Below, piece after piece: positions 48,140 through 58,788 of a stretch of 64,000 bases of DNA. The notes beneath the pieces are model-generated. The model was given only the letters and a program-made list of their open reading frames with translations, had not been told where the DNA came from and did no database searches. The number at the start of each line of letters is the position of its first letter. Within the stretch, counting starts at the first letter, position 1. A program made the translations under genes and the position numbers. Source of the stretch: Rhynchopus sp. YZ270_cl-10 (taxonomy: Eukaryota); assembly GCA_964035575.1 (NCBI GenBank), contig OZ037841.1:310001-374000 (forward strand), read 5' to 3'.

Positions 48140-48218
48140 CCGACCCTCCCCCGTGAAATTGTCCCTGGGGGCAAAATACCGGTTTTTTGGGGGGGACAAT
48201 TTCACGGGGGAGGGTCGG
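48140..48218. mobile_element. 79-bp MITE with perfect 26-bp TIRs and TA TSD (Tc1/mariner/pogo-like)
   Basis: TA-CCGACCCTCCCCCGTGAAATTGTCCC ... GGGACAATTTCACGGGGGAGGGTCGG-TA. Confidence 0.8.
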
Positions 48219-48534
48219 TAACTTGAAAAAACAAATCCCTCGCGTGACAGTGTACCTAACATAAGACCTTTCCATTCCTTTGAAACCCGACGGTCTTTTT
48301 TGGACAATATACCATAACCTTTGGAGGGAGAAGATGAATGTGCAACAGGGCAATAAAAAGTCCCCTTTGTAAAAAGGTGAGGCCGCCCAATCGCAGAACT
48401 TACTACAAACCAGAAGAAAAAAATTGGAGCAGGTGAGTTGCCGTTGTGCAATCTCCACTTTAGTTTCCTTTTCCTTTTTTGTTTTTGTTTTCTTTTTTGC
48501 TCAGGACCCGAACCCCAAGACACAAGAAGGGACT

Positions 48535-50901
48535 TTACGTCTCCTCCTCTCTTGTCTCGGCAAATCCTCCGGGGGTCTCTAGCAATGGTGTAACAAATGT
48601 TTGCGATGGTTTATGCTCCTTCATGATCCCTGCCTCCTTCAGAGACGCCTCTATGTCCGCCAGCCTATCCCCGATAGACATCATATCCTGCCGACAGCGT
48701 TCTTCTGACCCACTGATTGCTTTGAAGATACGTTCCTCCATTCCCCGTAGCTCCACTGCGACGGAGCCACGTGGTGACTGCACCGGATTTTCCGCTGCTG
48801 GTGCCTTCTTTTTTACTTGGCTAATCAACTCCCGCATGCTCCGTGGTGGGCCTGGGTTCATCGATGATCCTGCCATAGGTGACTTCGTCCCGCTGGTAGT
48901 ACTAAACCCACCCGAGGTTTTCCTCTTCCCAATCGCTTCTAATAGCTTTGATGCTTGAGAGAGACCGACCTTTTTCTTCGATTCTTCATTTTTCATTCTC
49001 GCCTTTCGAAAGTGCATCGCAATGGAAGCTTCTGCGCGGGCGGACACTCCGGCATTTTGTAACTCCGATGGGGTGCTGAGCTGGGCGGTGTTGGTGCCAT
49101 TAAAATGGTGGATGTCAGGTTGCCCATCCGGTGGTTCTGCATTGTCCTGGTTCTTCTGTTGTGCCTCCTTCATTTGGGCTGCGACCATCCCTTTTAATCG
49201 GTTCGTCGTTGCCATCTTAATTCCACCAAGCTTCCCTGTAGGCGAAGTCGCTGGCGTTGACTTTTCTGAATCAGGTTGTGGTATTTCTGGAGGCGTCATT
49301 TCAACCTCTTCATTTGCTTCTGAACTCGGCGTTACCGGGGCAGTACAGCTGGCCTCCTGTCCTCCTGGCTGTTTCAATTCCGATTCAGCCTCTTCAATTT
49401 TATTCTGAATAATTATCCGAAACTCAGGATATTCCTCCAAAATTGCAATAAAATTGACCTTTGAGAGGGTGTACAATTCGCAATAAGAGAGCGCATATAC
49501 TGTGGAGTCTGAAGTGCCTACGAGAAGTGATGCTTCACCGAAGAAATCGCCCTTTTTTATGACGCGGGAGTACATTTGTCCGTCGCTTTGTGTGAGAATA
49601 TCGGCAAATCCGTGGCTAATAAAGAACATCTCTGTTGCCGCCCCGCCGCATTCTATGATCGTTGTGTGCATCTGCCAGAAGCGGAGCTCCAACGCCTTTC
49701 CTAACTCAATCCTGCACGCATCCGTCGCAGCATCAAAAATCGGTGCCAAAGAAATGAACTTCACCTTAATATAAATGCTAATGTCCTCCGACAACTGTCT
49801 CGGAAATCCGTCTAAAACAGAAGGTCCAGTACCTATCATACTTTTGAGCTGATGATAGCGAAACGACAGCGCTTCTTCGGTCAGAATTTTTGGAACTTTG
49901 AAGTGTTGGAGAAGGGCGAGGGTTTCACGCATTTTGTCGTTCCGTTCTGTTTTGACGTCGGATCGGTTGAGCATTCGTGTGAGGCTTCCTACAACGAAGC
50001 CGTTTGCGAGAATACCTACCAAAAAGAGAAAAATCGCTTGGATGCGCTCTGGATTTGACGCCACGCTGATATCACCATAACCGACTGCCGTCAATGTGTA
50101 CGTCACCCAGTACAACGCTGTGATGTAGTCACGCCCGCCCGACTCCGGCGCATCCGCCTCCCATATGATGCCAACCCTCATCAGGGCAAGCCAATGGACG
50201 CCCACAGTGAGATAGCAGGTGATGCGGATCATGGGGACACAACGGTAGATCCACCAGACATGCGCTTCTGTCACGCTTTCGCAGTCGCTTTCTAAAAACA
50301 ACCGTTTCACGCCGAAGAGACGAAATAAGCGCAAAACATGCAGTGCCTTAAACCCTGTAGACCGTTCCCCAAGGATGAGCAACGCCAGTAGGTCCATTGG
50401 CAGTGCGCTCAGCACGTCGCTGGCAAACCAGGTGCGGAGGTACCGCACCCTGATCCGTGTTGTGTTCGCCACCAAGGTCCCATTCTGCGCAAAGCTTGTG
50501 TTAAACTGCAGGTACACATCCACTAGAAGCGAGGCAGAGAGAAGCAATTCGAAATACGACTGATTTGAGAATCGAACGTCATATACTAGTGTATAAGGGA
50601 CCATCAGAGCATAGTATACACTAGTAAAGAGCACGCCTACCTCCCATACCCAACGCCAAGAATCGTCTGATAAATGCAAAAACGATCCGTTTGTTGCAGT
50701 GTGAATTGCGACATGGATTTTTGACAAATCATCTGCCCTCCCGACCTCGAGAGGAAGCACCGCCTCATCTGACTCAGCAGAGAAGAAGTTGTCGCCATGA
50801 AGACTGCCCCTCCATCCAAACACAGAGGACTGCCTATGACTATCATCCCTCGGCCCCTTCGGTGAAAACGATCCCGATACCCCTCCACTTAAGGACTCCA
50901 T
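48535..50901 (-). CDS. Voltage-gated K+ channel with cyclic-nucleotide-binding (homology) domain (KCNH/HCN/plant Shaker-like), 788 aa
   Basis: Six TM segments, YLRTWFASDVLSALP, S4 LRLFRLFGVKR, pore YITALYWVTYTLTAVGYGDI, C-linker, CNBD EMFFISHG...GDFFGE...YCELYTL. Confidence 0.92.
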   Translation of the reverse strand: MESLSGGVSGSFSPKGPRDDSHRQSSVFGWRGSLHGDNFFSAESDEAVLPLEVGRADDLSKIHVAIHTATNGSFLHLSDDSWRWVWEVGVLFTSVYYALMVPYTLVYDVRFSNQSYFELLLSASLLVDVYLQFNTSFAQNGTLVANTTRIRVRYLRTWFASDVLSALPMDLLALLILGERSTGFKALHVLRLFRLFGVKRLFLESDCESVTEAHVWWIYRCVPMIRITCYLTVGVHWLALMRVGIIWEADAPESGGRDYITALYWVTYTLTAVGYGDISVASNPERIQAIFLFLVGILANGFVVGSLTRMLNRSDVKTERNDKMRETLALLQHFKVPKILTEEALSFRYHQLKSMIGTGPSVLDGFPRQLSEDISIYIKVKFISLAPIFDAATDACRIELGKALELRFWQMHTTIIECGGAATEMFFISHGFADILTQSDGQMYSRVIKKGDFFGEASLLVGTSDSTVYALSYCELYTLSKVNFIAILEEYPEFRIIIQNKIEEAESELKQPGGQEASCTAPVTPSSEANEEVEMTPPEIPQPDSEKSTPATSPTGKLGGIKMATTNRLKGMVAAQMKEAQQKNQDNAEPPDGQPDIHHFNGTNTAQLSTPSELQNAGVSARAEASIAMHFRKARMKNEESKKKVGLSQASKLLEAIGKRKTSGGFSTTSGTKSPMAGSSMNPGPPRSMRELISQVKKKAPAAENPVQSPRGSVAVELRGMEERIFKAISGSEERCRQDMMSIGDRLADIEASLKEAGIMKEHKPSQTFVTPLLETPGGFAETREEET

Positions 50902-51439
50902 TTGAAGACTTTAAGTATACTTCTGAACAAGCAGGGAAAAAAATGGGGGAGAAAAGAGAGGGTGTAGTTGCGAGAGGAAGGCTACATATTGGGGAAGGGG
51001 GGTGGGGTCTTTTGGCCTGTGATGTTGTGTTTGGGTGTCCGTTTGGAAGAGGGTGGGTATGGGGAGGGGAGGGGAAGAATAGTTGTTGATGCAGGCACCT
51101 CCAAACTGACCCACGTACAATGCAATGCCAGTCATCCGGATGAAAAAAATCACAATTACCCCACAGACAACAGAAGGTGTAAAGAAAAGGAAGCTGGTTA
51201 CCGTAGTGTGAACGGGGGAGGCGGACACAACCGCTCGGTAGGCCACGAACCCGCAAACCCGTGATGGCCGCTACATCACGAGGCACACACCCAACCCCCG
51301 CTCTGCACCCCCGCCTCCCAACACCGAGCCTGGACGCCCCACACCAGCACGTGCCGGCCTCCGCACGCTGGCGTGGCTGTCTGGTGTGCAGCAACGAGTG
51401 GTCCCCACGCAGAGCCCGCCTCCTGCCGTTCCACAGGCG

Positions 51440-51709
51440 CCCGGTGCCGTGGACATCGACGATCAGGTTCCTGCTGCCATGGCAGGACAAAGGGTGGTGC
51501 GACGAGTCATGGTCGAATGGATCGATACTGTTACCGCACTTTCTGCAAGCAAAGGCGGGTGGTCTTTGACCACTACAGCCTCATCAATCTCGAAGCGGAG
51601 AACATGGCAGTGTTTTACGCGTGGTATGGATGATGTCTCTTGGGTGGACGAGTGGAAGCAACCAGGGCTTTTGCTGCCCATTGATGGTTCTGAGGATGCC
51701 TTCCGCTGA
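51440..51709 (+). pseudogene. Possible pogo/Tigger-like DDE transposase C-terminal relic
   Basis: LSASK then frameshifted QRRVVF...AVFYAW, then WKQPGLLLPIDGSED, resembling the pogo-type C-terminal LSASxRRIL..W..AW...G....DGSED pattern. Matched by eye only. Confidence 0.4.
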
Positions 51710-52801
51710 ATACGCCGAAGAGTGAAGAGGAAACTTGAAGAAAATTACTTCGAGAAAGTACAGAAGAAAAAGTAAGAAAAACGGGGGAGGAGGGGGTAAA
51801 GGGCTTTTTAGTTTTTAGTTATTTTTCCCCCCCTCCTTTGAACCAAGGAGGGCACTCTTTCCACATTATTTTATTTTTGAAAACTTGGTTGTATCCGTGT
51901 AGACATTCCCGAGGATGAGCTCTACAATTATTTGATTTGCAGTTTTTTTTTTGCTCAGTTCTTTTGTCCCTGGGTTTTTGTCCATTTTTGTGTTTCTGTT
52001 TATTATCATTTTTTTTTGGACCCGACACAGCTTGGTTACGTGAACCGACGTCATTCTTTGCGCGACTAAAAAGCGAAAACCAAAAACCAAAAACCAAAAC
52101 CTGTTCAGATTATTGGATTATTGAATAACGCGTAATGTCCCTATTTTTCATAGAATTACATTTCTTTTGAACAAAAATGTAAATTTGTCATAAAAAAAAA
52201 AAAAAAAACACCCCAAAAAATATAGATTTACAATCCGGGTTAAAATTTCGGACTCAATTTAAAAAAATGGACAAAAAAAAAATAGGGGATCGGGACAGAG
52301 ATAAAAAGATCACTCAGTCTCATTTTAATTCGAAGCACAGCTGCTCAAAACAAGTTTGAGATAAAATAAAGTACACAGGTACTCCCCCTGCCTTCCCCCG
52401 CCCCCACATCGCTTCACCCCTCCCCTTTATATTACTGTTCCTCCCCGCTTACCACCCGTTAAAAAAATGGAAACACACTGCAGAAATTAAGGGGAACCAT
52501 GGATCAGCGAAGAGCCCCGCCTATCCCCACTAAGAAAAGCGTTGCAAAAAAAAAAAAGGTTTGACTTGGAGTACAACAGACCGTTCGTGACAGTGTACCT
52601 CCAAAAAAAAACATCAACCATTCGGTACGTAAACAATAGGGGTGTTCCTTCACCCCCCTCCCCATTTCTTCTTCTCACTTTTTTTTTTTTTGTTTTTTTT
52701 CTTGTTATGTGTAGGCACCCAAGGATGCGCTCCACTTTTTTTTTTTTTTTTTTTTTGAAAACTTGGTTGTATTAGTGTAGACACCCGAGGATGAGCTGCA
52801 C

Positions 52802-52872
52802 TATTTTATTTTATTTTATTTTATTTTATTTTATTTTATTTTATTTTATTTTATTTTATTTTATTTTATTTT
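52802..52872. repeat. (TATTT)n microsatellite, about 14 copies, abutting a family C repeat
   Basis: Directly visible. Confidence 0.9.
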
Positions 52873-53345
52873 GCAAAAAAAAAAATGTTGGAGCAGTGGT
52901 GTAGCGTGCCACACAACGCAGTTCCTCACAAAATTTTTCCACACAACTTTTTAGCCCCACCGCCCCCCCTTTTTTTTGTTGTGTCGACAATCGCCTAACC
53001 CGTTTGGGAACATTTTTCCTTCTTTTTTTTTCTTCCCATCAAAATTTTACGATTACCTACATCACAGGCAGGTTAAGTGCCCTCTACCTGAACTGCCACC
53101 TACTAGGCTTTCTTGTTCCACGCAGTGGGGTTCCACAGCACTCATCCGAACACCCCAAAAAAGAACGCTTTTTTCCCCCTTTTTTTTTAAATTCCTCCAA
53201 CCCTTCCACACCCACGCCCCATTTAAGTCCATAAACAGAAAATATCCGCTGATGTGTGTCCAGAAGTACCCTAGATTTCCACAAACCCGGAGTTTGCAGG
53301 ATTTATATGCCCCCCGTTTATGAGAAAACGAGATCGCTCCAAATC

Positions 53346-55078
53346 TCACCACTTTCCACCACCTCCTCCGTAGCCTCCACCATAGGGAGCGTATGCCTGT
53401 GGTATTGGGGAATAAAATGTTTCATATTTCATGTACTTGTGGAAAGTCAAAGAAGGGAAAGCCACAGAGTGTGGCTGCCGGACTGATAGGGTTAAAATAT
53501 TTAAACCGTTTCATTGTAAGCTCTGAGGTGGGGGGTGATCACTGTGCATACCACTGGCGCCGGCTTTCCTCCCTTGCCCCCCTTCTTCCCCTTTTTGCCT
53601 CCCTTCTTCCCGCCGTCTTTGCCTCCTCCCTTGACCTTCGGGGCTGCTGGCGGCAACGGCGGCTTTGCCTTAATCTGATCGAACGGAAGCGAAGGTGTGA
53701 AGCTCTGGTCTGAAGACCACGTCACATCACAGGTAGATGCTTCCGCTTTGACAGCGTTGATGACACACTCGAACCACTTTCCGTCGAAGAGTGCATCCAC
53801 TTTTTGGCCGACTGCGAAGGCCTTCTTTTCTGGGGCAGGAGCAGCGGGGACGGGGATGGGCTTCAATTTGACGTGCTCTTCGGGCCATGTATCGAGCACC
53901 CATTTCTTCTCGACGTCTTCGATTTTGAAGACCTTCTCAGCAGGGTTGTGTCCGAGAATCTTGCCCTCACGCCAGCCTGCTTCGTTGGTCAGGTATTCGC
54001 AAAGGTCACCTGCCTGGGGTTTGCGGGGCTCTGCAGGGGCTGCCACGACCGGGGGTGCCCCTCCGGTGGCTTCTTGCTTGCGCTGCGAGGCGACTGCCTG
54101 CTGCTCCTTTTGCATCTCCTGCCCGGAGGGAAGCGCTCCCGAGTTTCGCAGCAGGACGCGCATTTTTTCGTTGTCGTTTTTGAGGTCACGTTTGCTCTGC
54201 TCCATTTCGTAGCATTTCTTTGCGAGGTCGTGCTTTTCCTTCTGCAGTGTCGCGATGATGACGCGAAGGTCGTCTGTTGACGCTGTCGCGGGGATGTGCT
54301 GCGGTGCTGGTGCTGCAGACTTCGGGCGGGGCGCTGCTGGGGGTGGGGGTGGGGCTCTTGCCTGCTGCTGGAGCTGCACATTCTTTTCGGTGAGTTCGGA
54401 CATCTTCGCAACAAGCGCATCGTTTCTCTGCTTGAGCTCCGCGTTGCTCTTCTCGATTGCTTCGGTCTTGGAGGCGAGCTCCGCATCCATCGCTGCCCTC
54501 CCCTCCTTCAACTGCCTCTCCGCCTTCGCCGTTCTCGCCTGCAGCTGCGAAATATCGGTACAACTTTGCCAGAACCCACGGTCCCTCTCATCCTTATCCT
54601 TCGTCAACGCCTCAATCTGCGCTTCCAGCTGCTCTCTTGCCTTGCTGTAGGAGGAATGCGTCTGCTTGATTGTGTCAAACCGGGTGGTACGCTCTGTGTG
54701 AAGCTCGCGTGCAAGGCAGGTATGTGCCTCTTGGGTGGCTTCGCGTTCGGAACGGAGACGGGTCACTTCTGCCCGCATGGAGACGGCCTCGACATCGAGA
54801 GCTTCGTACTTCGAGGCGATTTCGGGGTCAATGGTGGGGATCTTCCCGGCAGCCTCACGGAGTTTCTCCGCCTCAGGCTTGAGAACCGCAAGCTCTTCGA
54901 CAGCACGCTTCAGCTCGACATGGATGGGGGCGGCAACAGAGGTAGCCTCCTGCTTGTACTCGTTGAACTCAGTGTTGAGCGTGTCGCGCTCCTTCGTCAC
55001 GTCGTCGACCTGCTGCTGGAGCCTGGTCACCTGAAGCATCATAGCATCTTCAGTGCTGTCCGCACCAAGGCGTAACAT
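53346..55078 (-). CDS. Coiled-coil protein with two C-terminal Tudor/Agenet-like domains and Gly/Lys-rich tail; 2 exons: 55078-53552, 53396-53346 (~525 aa)
   Basis: Long heptad-rich N-terminus; PQAGDLCEY...GWREGKI and FAVGQKVDALFDGKWFECVI...CDVTW Tudor-like repeats. GT-AG intron 53551-53397 adds AYAPYGGGYGGGGGKW in frame. Confidence 0.75.
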
Positions 55079-57635
55079 TGTGAAGGGGGGGGGGTTCTTA
55101 GAGGGTGGTAATGCAAAAGGAAAATTTTGAACGAGAGGAAAAAAAGAATGAATGTTCGCGGAGTCTTCGCACCCACCGTATTAGAGAAGGACCTCATCGT
55201 CTTCTCGGAGAAAGGTTGGATCCTCAAAATATTGAGGAATAATCCGTGGTGGGAGGTCTGTACCGACGGGATACACTGTGCGTGTAGAGTCCACGATGAC
55301 AAAGCTCGCAGGAGGCATCCCCGCTACAATCTCTGTGTCCAAGACAACCTGTCGCACTCTGGATCGTCGTGAGTTTGGCTTCCTGCTGATGACAGGATCG
55401 GTAGCTGCAAAATAGACTGGCATAGAAGACCGGCACGTCCAAGGGTTCGGTGATAGAGCAATGTATCGCTCCACTGATGCAGATACTGACCTAGTCTAGG
55501 GGTCTGCGAACAACACCCACGCAGAAAAATAAAGAAAAGTTTATAAGATGATACTAAGCCTCTTGTGCTTAGTCATCTTATCATATTCAAATAAAATTGC
55601 GGCAAAAGACTGTACAGATGGCCTTCTCTAACAAGGAGTTCGGGGTAGATTCAACTGACATTTTAAAAAAAATCTGAGGGGAAAAAATGGCCTTTATTTT
55701 TATAAATTTTGAACGCGATTCTCTGGGGAAGTGGGGATGGGAGAGGAGAGGAGAAGAGGTGGACGGGGGAGAAAAAAAATATATAAACGTGGAGGGCGAA
55801 GAAGGGTGGCAAAAAAAATAAAAAAAAAAGATAATCCTCCGGTCCGACACCTGTTGTATTTTCCTGAGTATCTGATAGATACAGCTGCCCATCTGGACAG
55901 TACTTAAATTATAATGCCATAAGAACACTCTGTTTCCAAAAAGGAAGCAGAGAAAGAGAGAGGAGAAGAGGGAGAACAAATTTAAAGATGGATGAGTCAC
56001 TTTCGATACATCTTATTTGCAGCAGAGAGGTGACTACATTACGAAGATGAACATGCCTTACGGGCACAGCACATCGAAATAAAATATAGCAACAACAGCG
56101 CTCTGACCATCTGTTACGGCAGCACTCTTTTCAGTTTTTTTTTTTTTCTTTTCAATAATGGTAGTTGTTGATGCAGGCACCTCCGACTGATCCACATACG
56201 ATGCCATGTCCTTTTTTTGACAATTAAATGACAAAAAAAAAAGGGGGGCAGAGGGGGTTTGAAAGTTTGTTTGTTTTGTACTTGTTTTTGTTTTTGTTTT
56301 TGCTACTCTGTTTGTTTTGTATTTCATTGCAGCACTTTGTAAGTTAAATAAAGAGCAGAGGGGTAGCGTGATGATGGCTGCATTTGTGATAACCACCCAT
56401 CACAATACATACTGCACATCACAATACAGCTATTGTACTGTGTACAATATTGCAATGTGTATTATGTATTACGATAGGCAATTATCACATTACAGCCACC
56501 ACTAAGGGGGATGAAGTGCCAGTACCTATTTTTCTATTTCTTTTGAAAACTTGGTTGTATTAGTGTGTAGTCACCCCCCGAGGATGAGCCACAATACATA
56601 ACTCTGTTTTTTTCTTTCCAACACACGAGCCAGAAGCACCTGAAAAAGTATTTTTGTTCCCTCCCCTTCTTCATACCTTTTTGTGCAACATTAACAAAAT
56701 TAATTGGTACATTTTGGTTTCATTCAGTTTATTTTTCTGTTATTTTTCTCAACAAATAGCAAAAAACCCCCCACTATTGCCATACTGACGAATGTTCCAC
56801 AGAACGCCATCGAAAGAGCAGATTACCACCAAAGAAAAGTTAATGAGACCAACCTAAGCCTCTCGTTGCTTAGTCACTTAAAACCGGACACAATAAAGAA
56901 AACACAAAAATACACATAACCCCCCTCCAGGAAGGTCCCCTACCCACCACCTCAGGAAATAACAGCGAAAAATAAGTCTGCTGGGGAAAAAAAACAAAAA
57001 ACTTTGACCCAACAAATGTTTTTTTTTGTGCACTTGATTAGCGTCTCTCTGTCGGAAAGCGCTCCATTGAGCTGTAGCAAAAGATAAGCAGGAGGGTGGG
57101 TTTGAAAAGTTTGTAGCAACTTTGTTGTTTTTGTTTTTTGTTTTTGCTACTCTGTTTGTTTTGTATTGCATTTCATTGTAGTACTTTGTAAGTTGAGAGG
57201 TAGGTGCACTTCTTTGTTAAGACAGCGACCAATTCCTGTTGAAGGAATGTGGGAAAAGGGTTGGCGGACGTTTTTGTAGATGCATGGATGCACGCGGTTT
57301 TTTTTTTTTTAGATGAACGAGAATAGGCTAACACATCGGGCGCTCAAAAACACAAAAAAAAAGAGAAAAAAAATATCCCTCACCGGAGCAGGGTAGTCCA
57401 GTGAGGAACAACTGAAATGAGCTCAACAAAGAAAAAAAAGCATTTTGCCAGAGTTGTGATAAGTTTGTCTGATGGAAAAATAAAAGGCCCTCCCTTCTTG
57501 CGTAACAATGTAATGATAAAAAGAAAATGTTGATGATCTGATGATAAGCCTCTCGTGCTTAAAACCGGACATAGAAAGAAAAAGGTCGTAAAATGAATCA
57601 ATGTTTAAGACACCTTACCTTACAAGAGCGGGAAG

Positions 57636-58194
57636 CAGGGGACATTAGTATGCCGGTGTGCCGGTGTGGCCACACCGGCTAAGCCGGTGTGGGATTTTGA
57701 GAAAAAAAAAAAAAAAAAGAAAAAGGCAGATTTTTGAATTTTTTTCTGAATTTTATCTCCTCATACAAGGCTACAACCACATCTGTAGCGGTTTCTTATG
57801 TGCATGTGACCCCACCACAAAGACCAATCGGTCCGTTCAATCAAAAGAAATAGATGTTTGCAACTCTCATAAAAAAGTAGCGTACCGTGCGCCTGCGGCG
57901 CAGCTAAAAATGACGAGCGGTAGCCCACAGCTCTACCCTAGGCCATAGTCACAGCTACCTTTACCATAGTTTGGCTATAAAAGCGTGCGATTTTATGTCA
58001 CAATTTTTGAAATGTTGCGTACCGTGGCTTCGCCAGAAAAGTTTTGACGCCATATGGTTAGACAAGGGCGCGGAGGGGAAAGAGTTGTGGAGGTCTCTGC
58101 CAAAAATGCGTGGGGAAAAAAAAATTGCCTCACACCGGCTTTTTTGGCTCACACCGGCTTTTTTTTCAAAATCTCAAACTACCAATGTCCCCTG
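57636..58194. mobile_element. Non-autonomous hAT-like element (559 bp), 15-bp TIRs, 8-bp TSD
   Basis: CAGGGGACATTAGTA ... TACCAATGTCCCCTG (1 mismatch); GCGGGAAG at 57628-57635 and 58195-58202; subterminal GCCGGTGTG/CACACCGGC repeats. Confidence 0.88.
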
Positions 58195-58788
58195 GCGGGA
58201 AGTTGAAAATGCAAAAAAAAAGGACGCTTCTCGCGTGGATATCAAATATTATGAGGGGATAAATAGAAAAATAAAAAACAACAACAAAAGAACATTAATT
58301 CGTGTGGAAGGGGGAGGGGGGTTTATTGGAGCTTTTATCTAATTTTCTTTGTGGGTATTTCTGAAGGGGAAAAGAGAAAAAAAAAACTAGAAATAAACAA
58401 GATACGAGCTCACATTTCCCACACTATGACACACGTTGGAAAGTATATCTTACACACGACCGAATGCTGGGCACAATCTGCATTCCACTCCCCCTGTTAT
58501 AATAAATTATTTCGTTATTCTCTGACACACTATAAAGCTCACGGTCAGACAGGCTACACTACACTCAAGTTTAAAAAACCTTGGATGATGGATGCGCGTC
58601 GCGTTGCACCCACAACACACACATAGTGTCTGATTAACCACACTTCGGTAGTGCTAGGTCATTCGAAAGACCACGGAGCTCTTACAAAAAAAATCACTCG
58701 TTTTTTTTAACCCCCTACAGGGAGAAAGAAAGAGAAAGAGAGAGAGAGATGGTGATGGGGGTGGTCATGTAGTGTTGCTGTTTTATAA

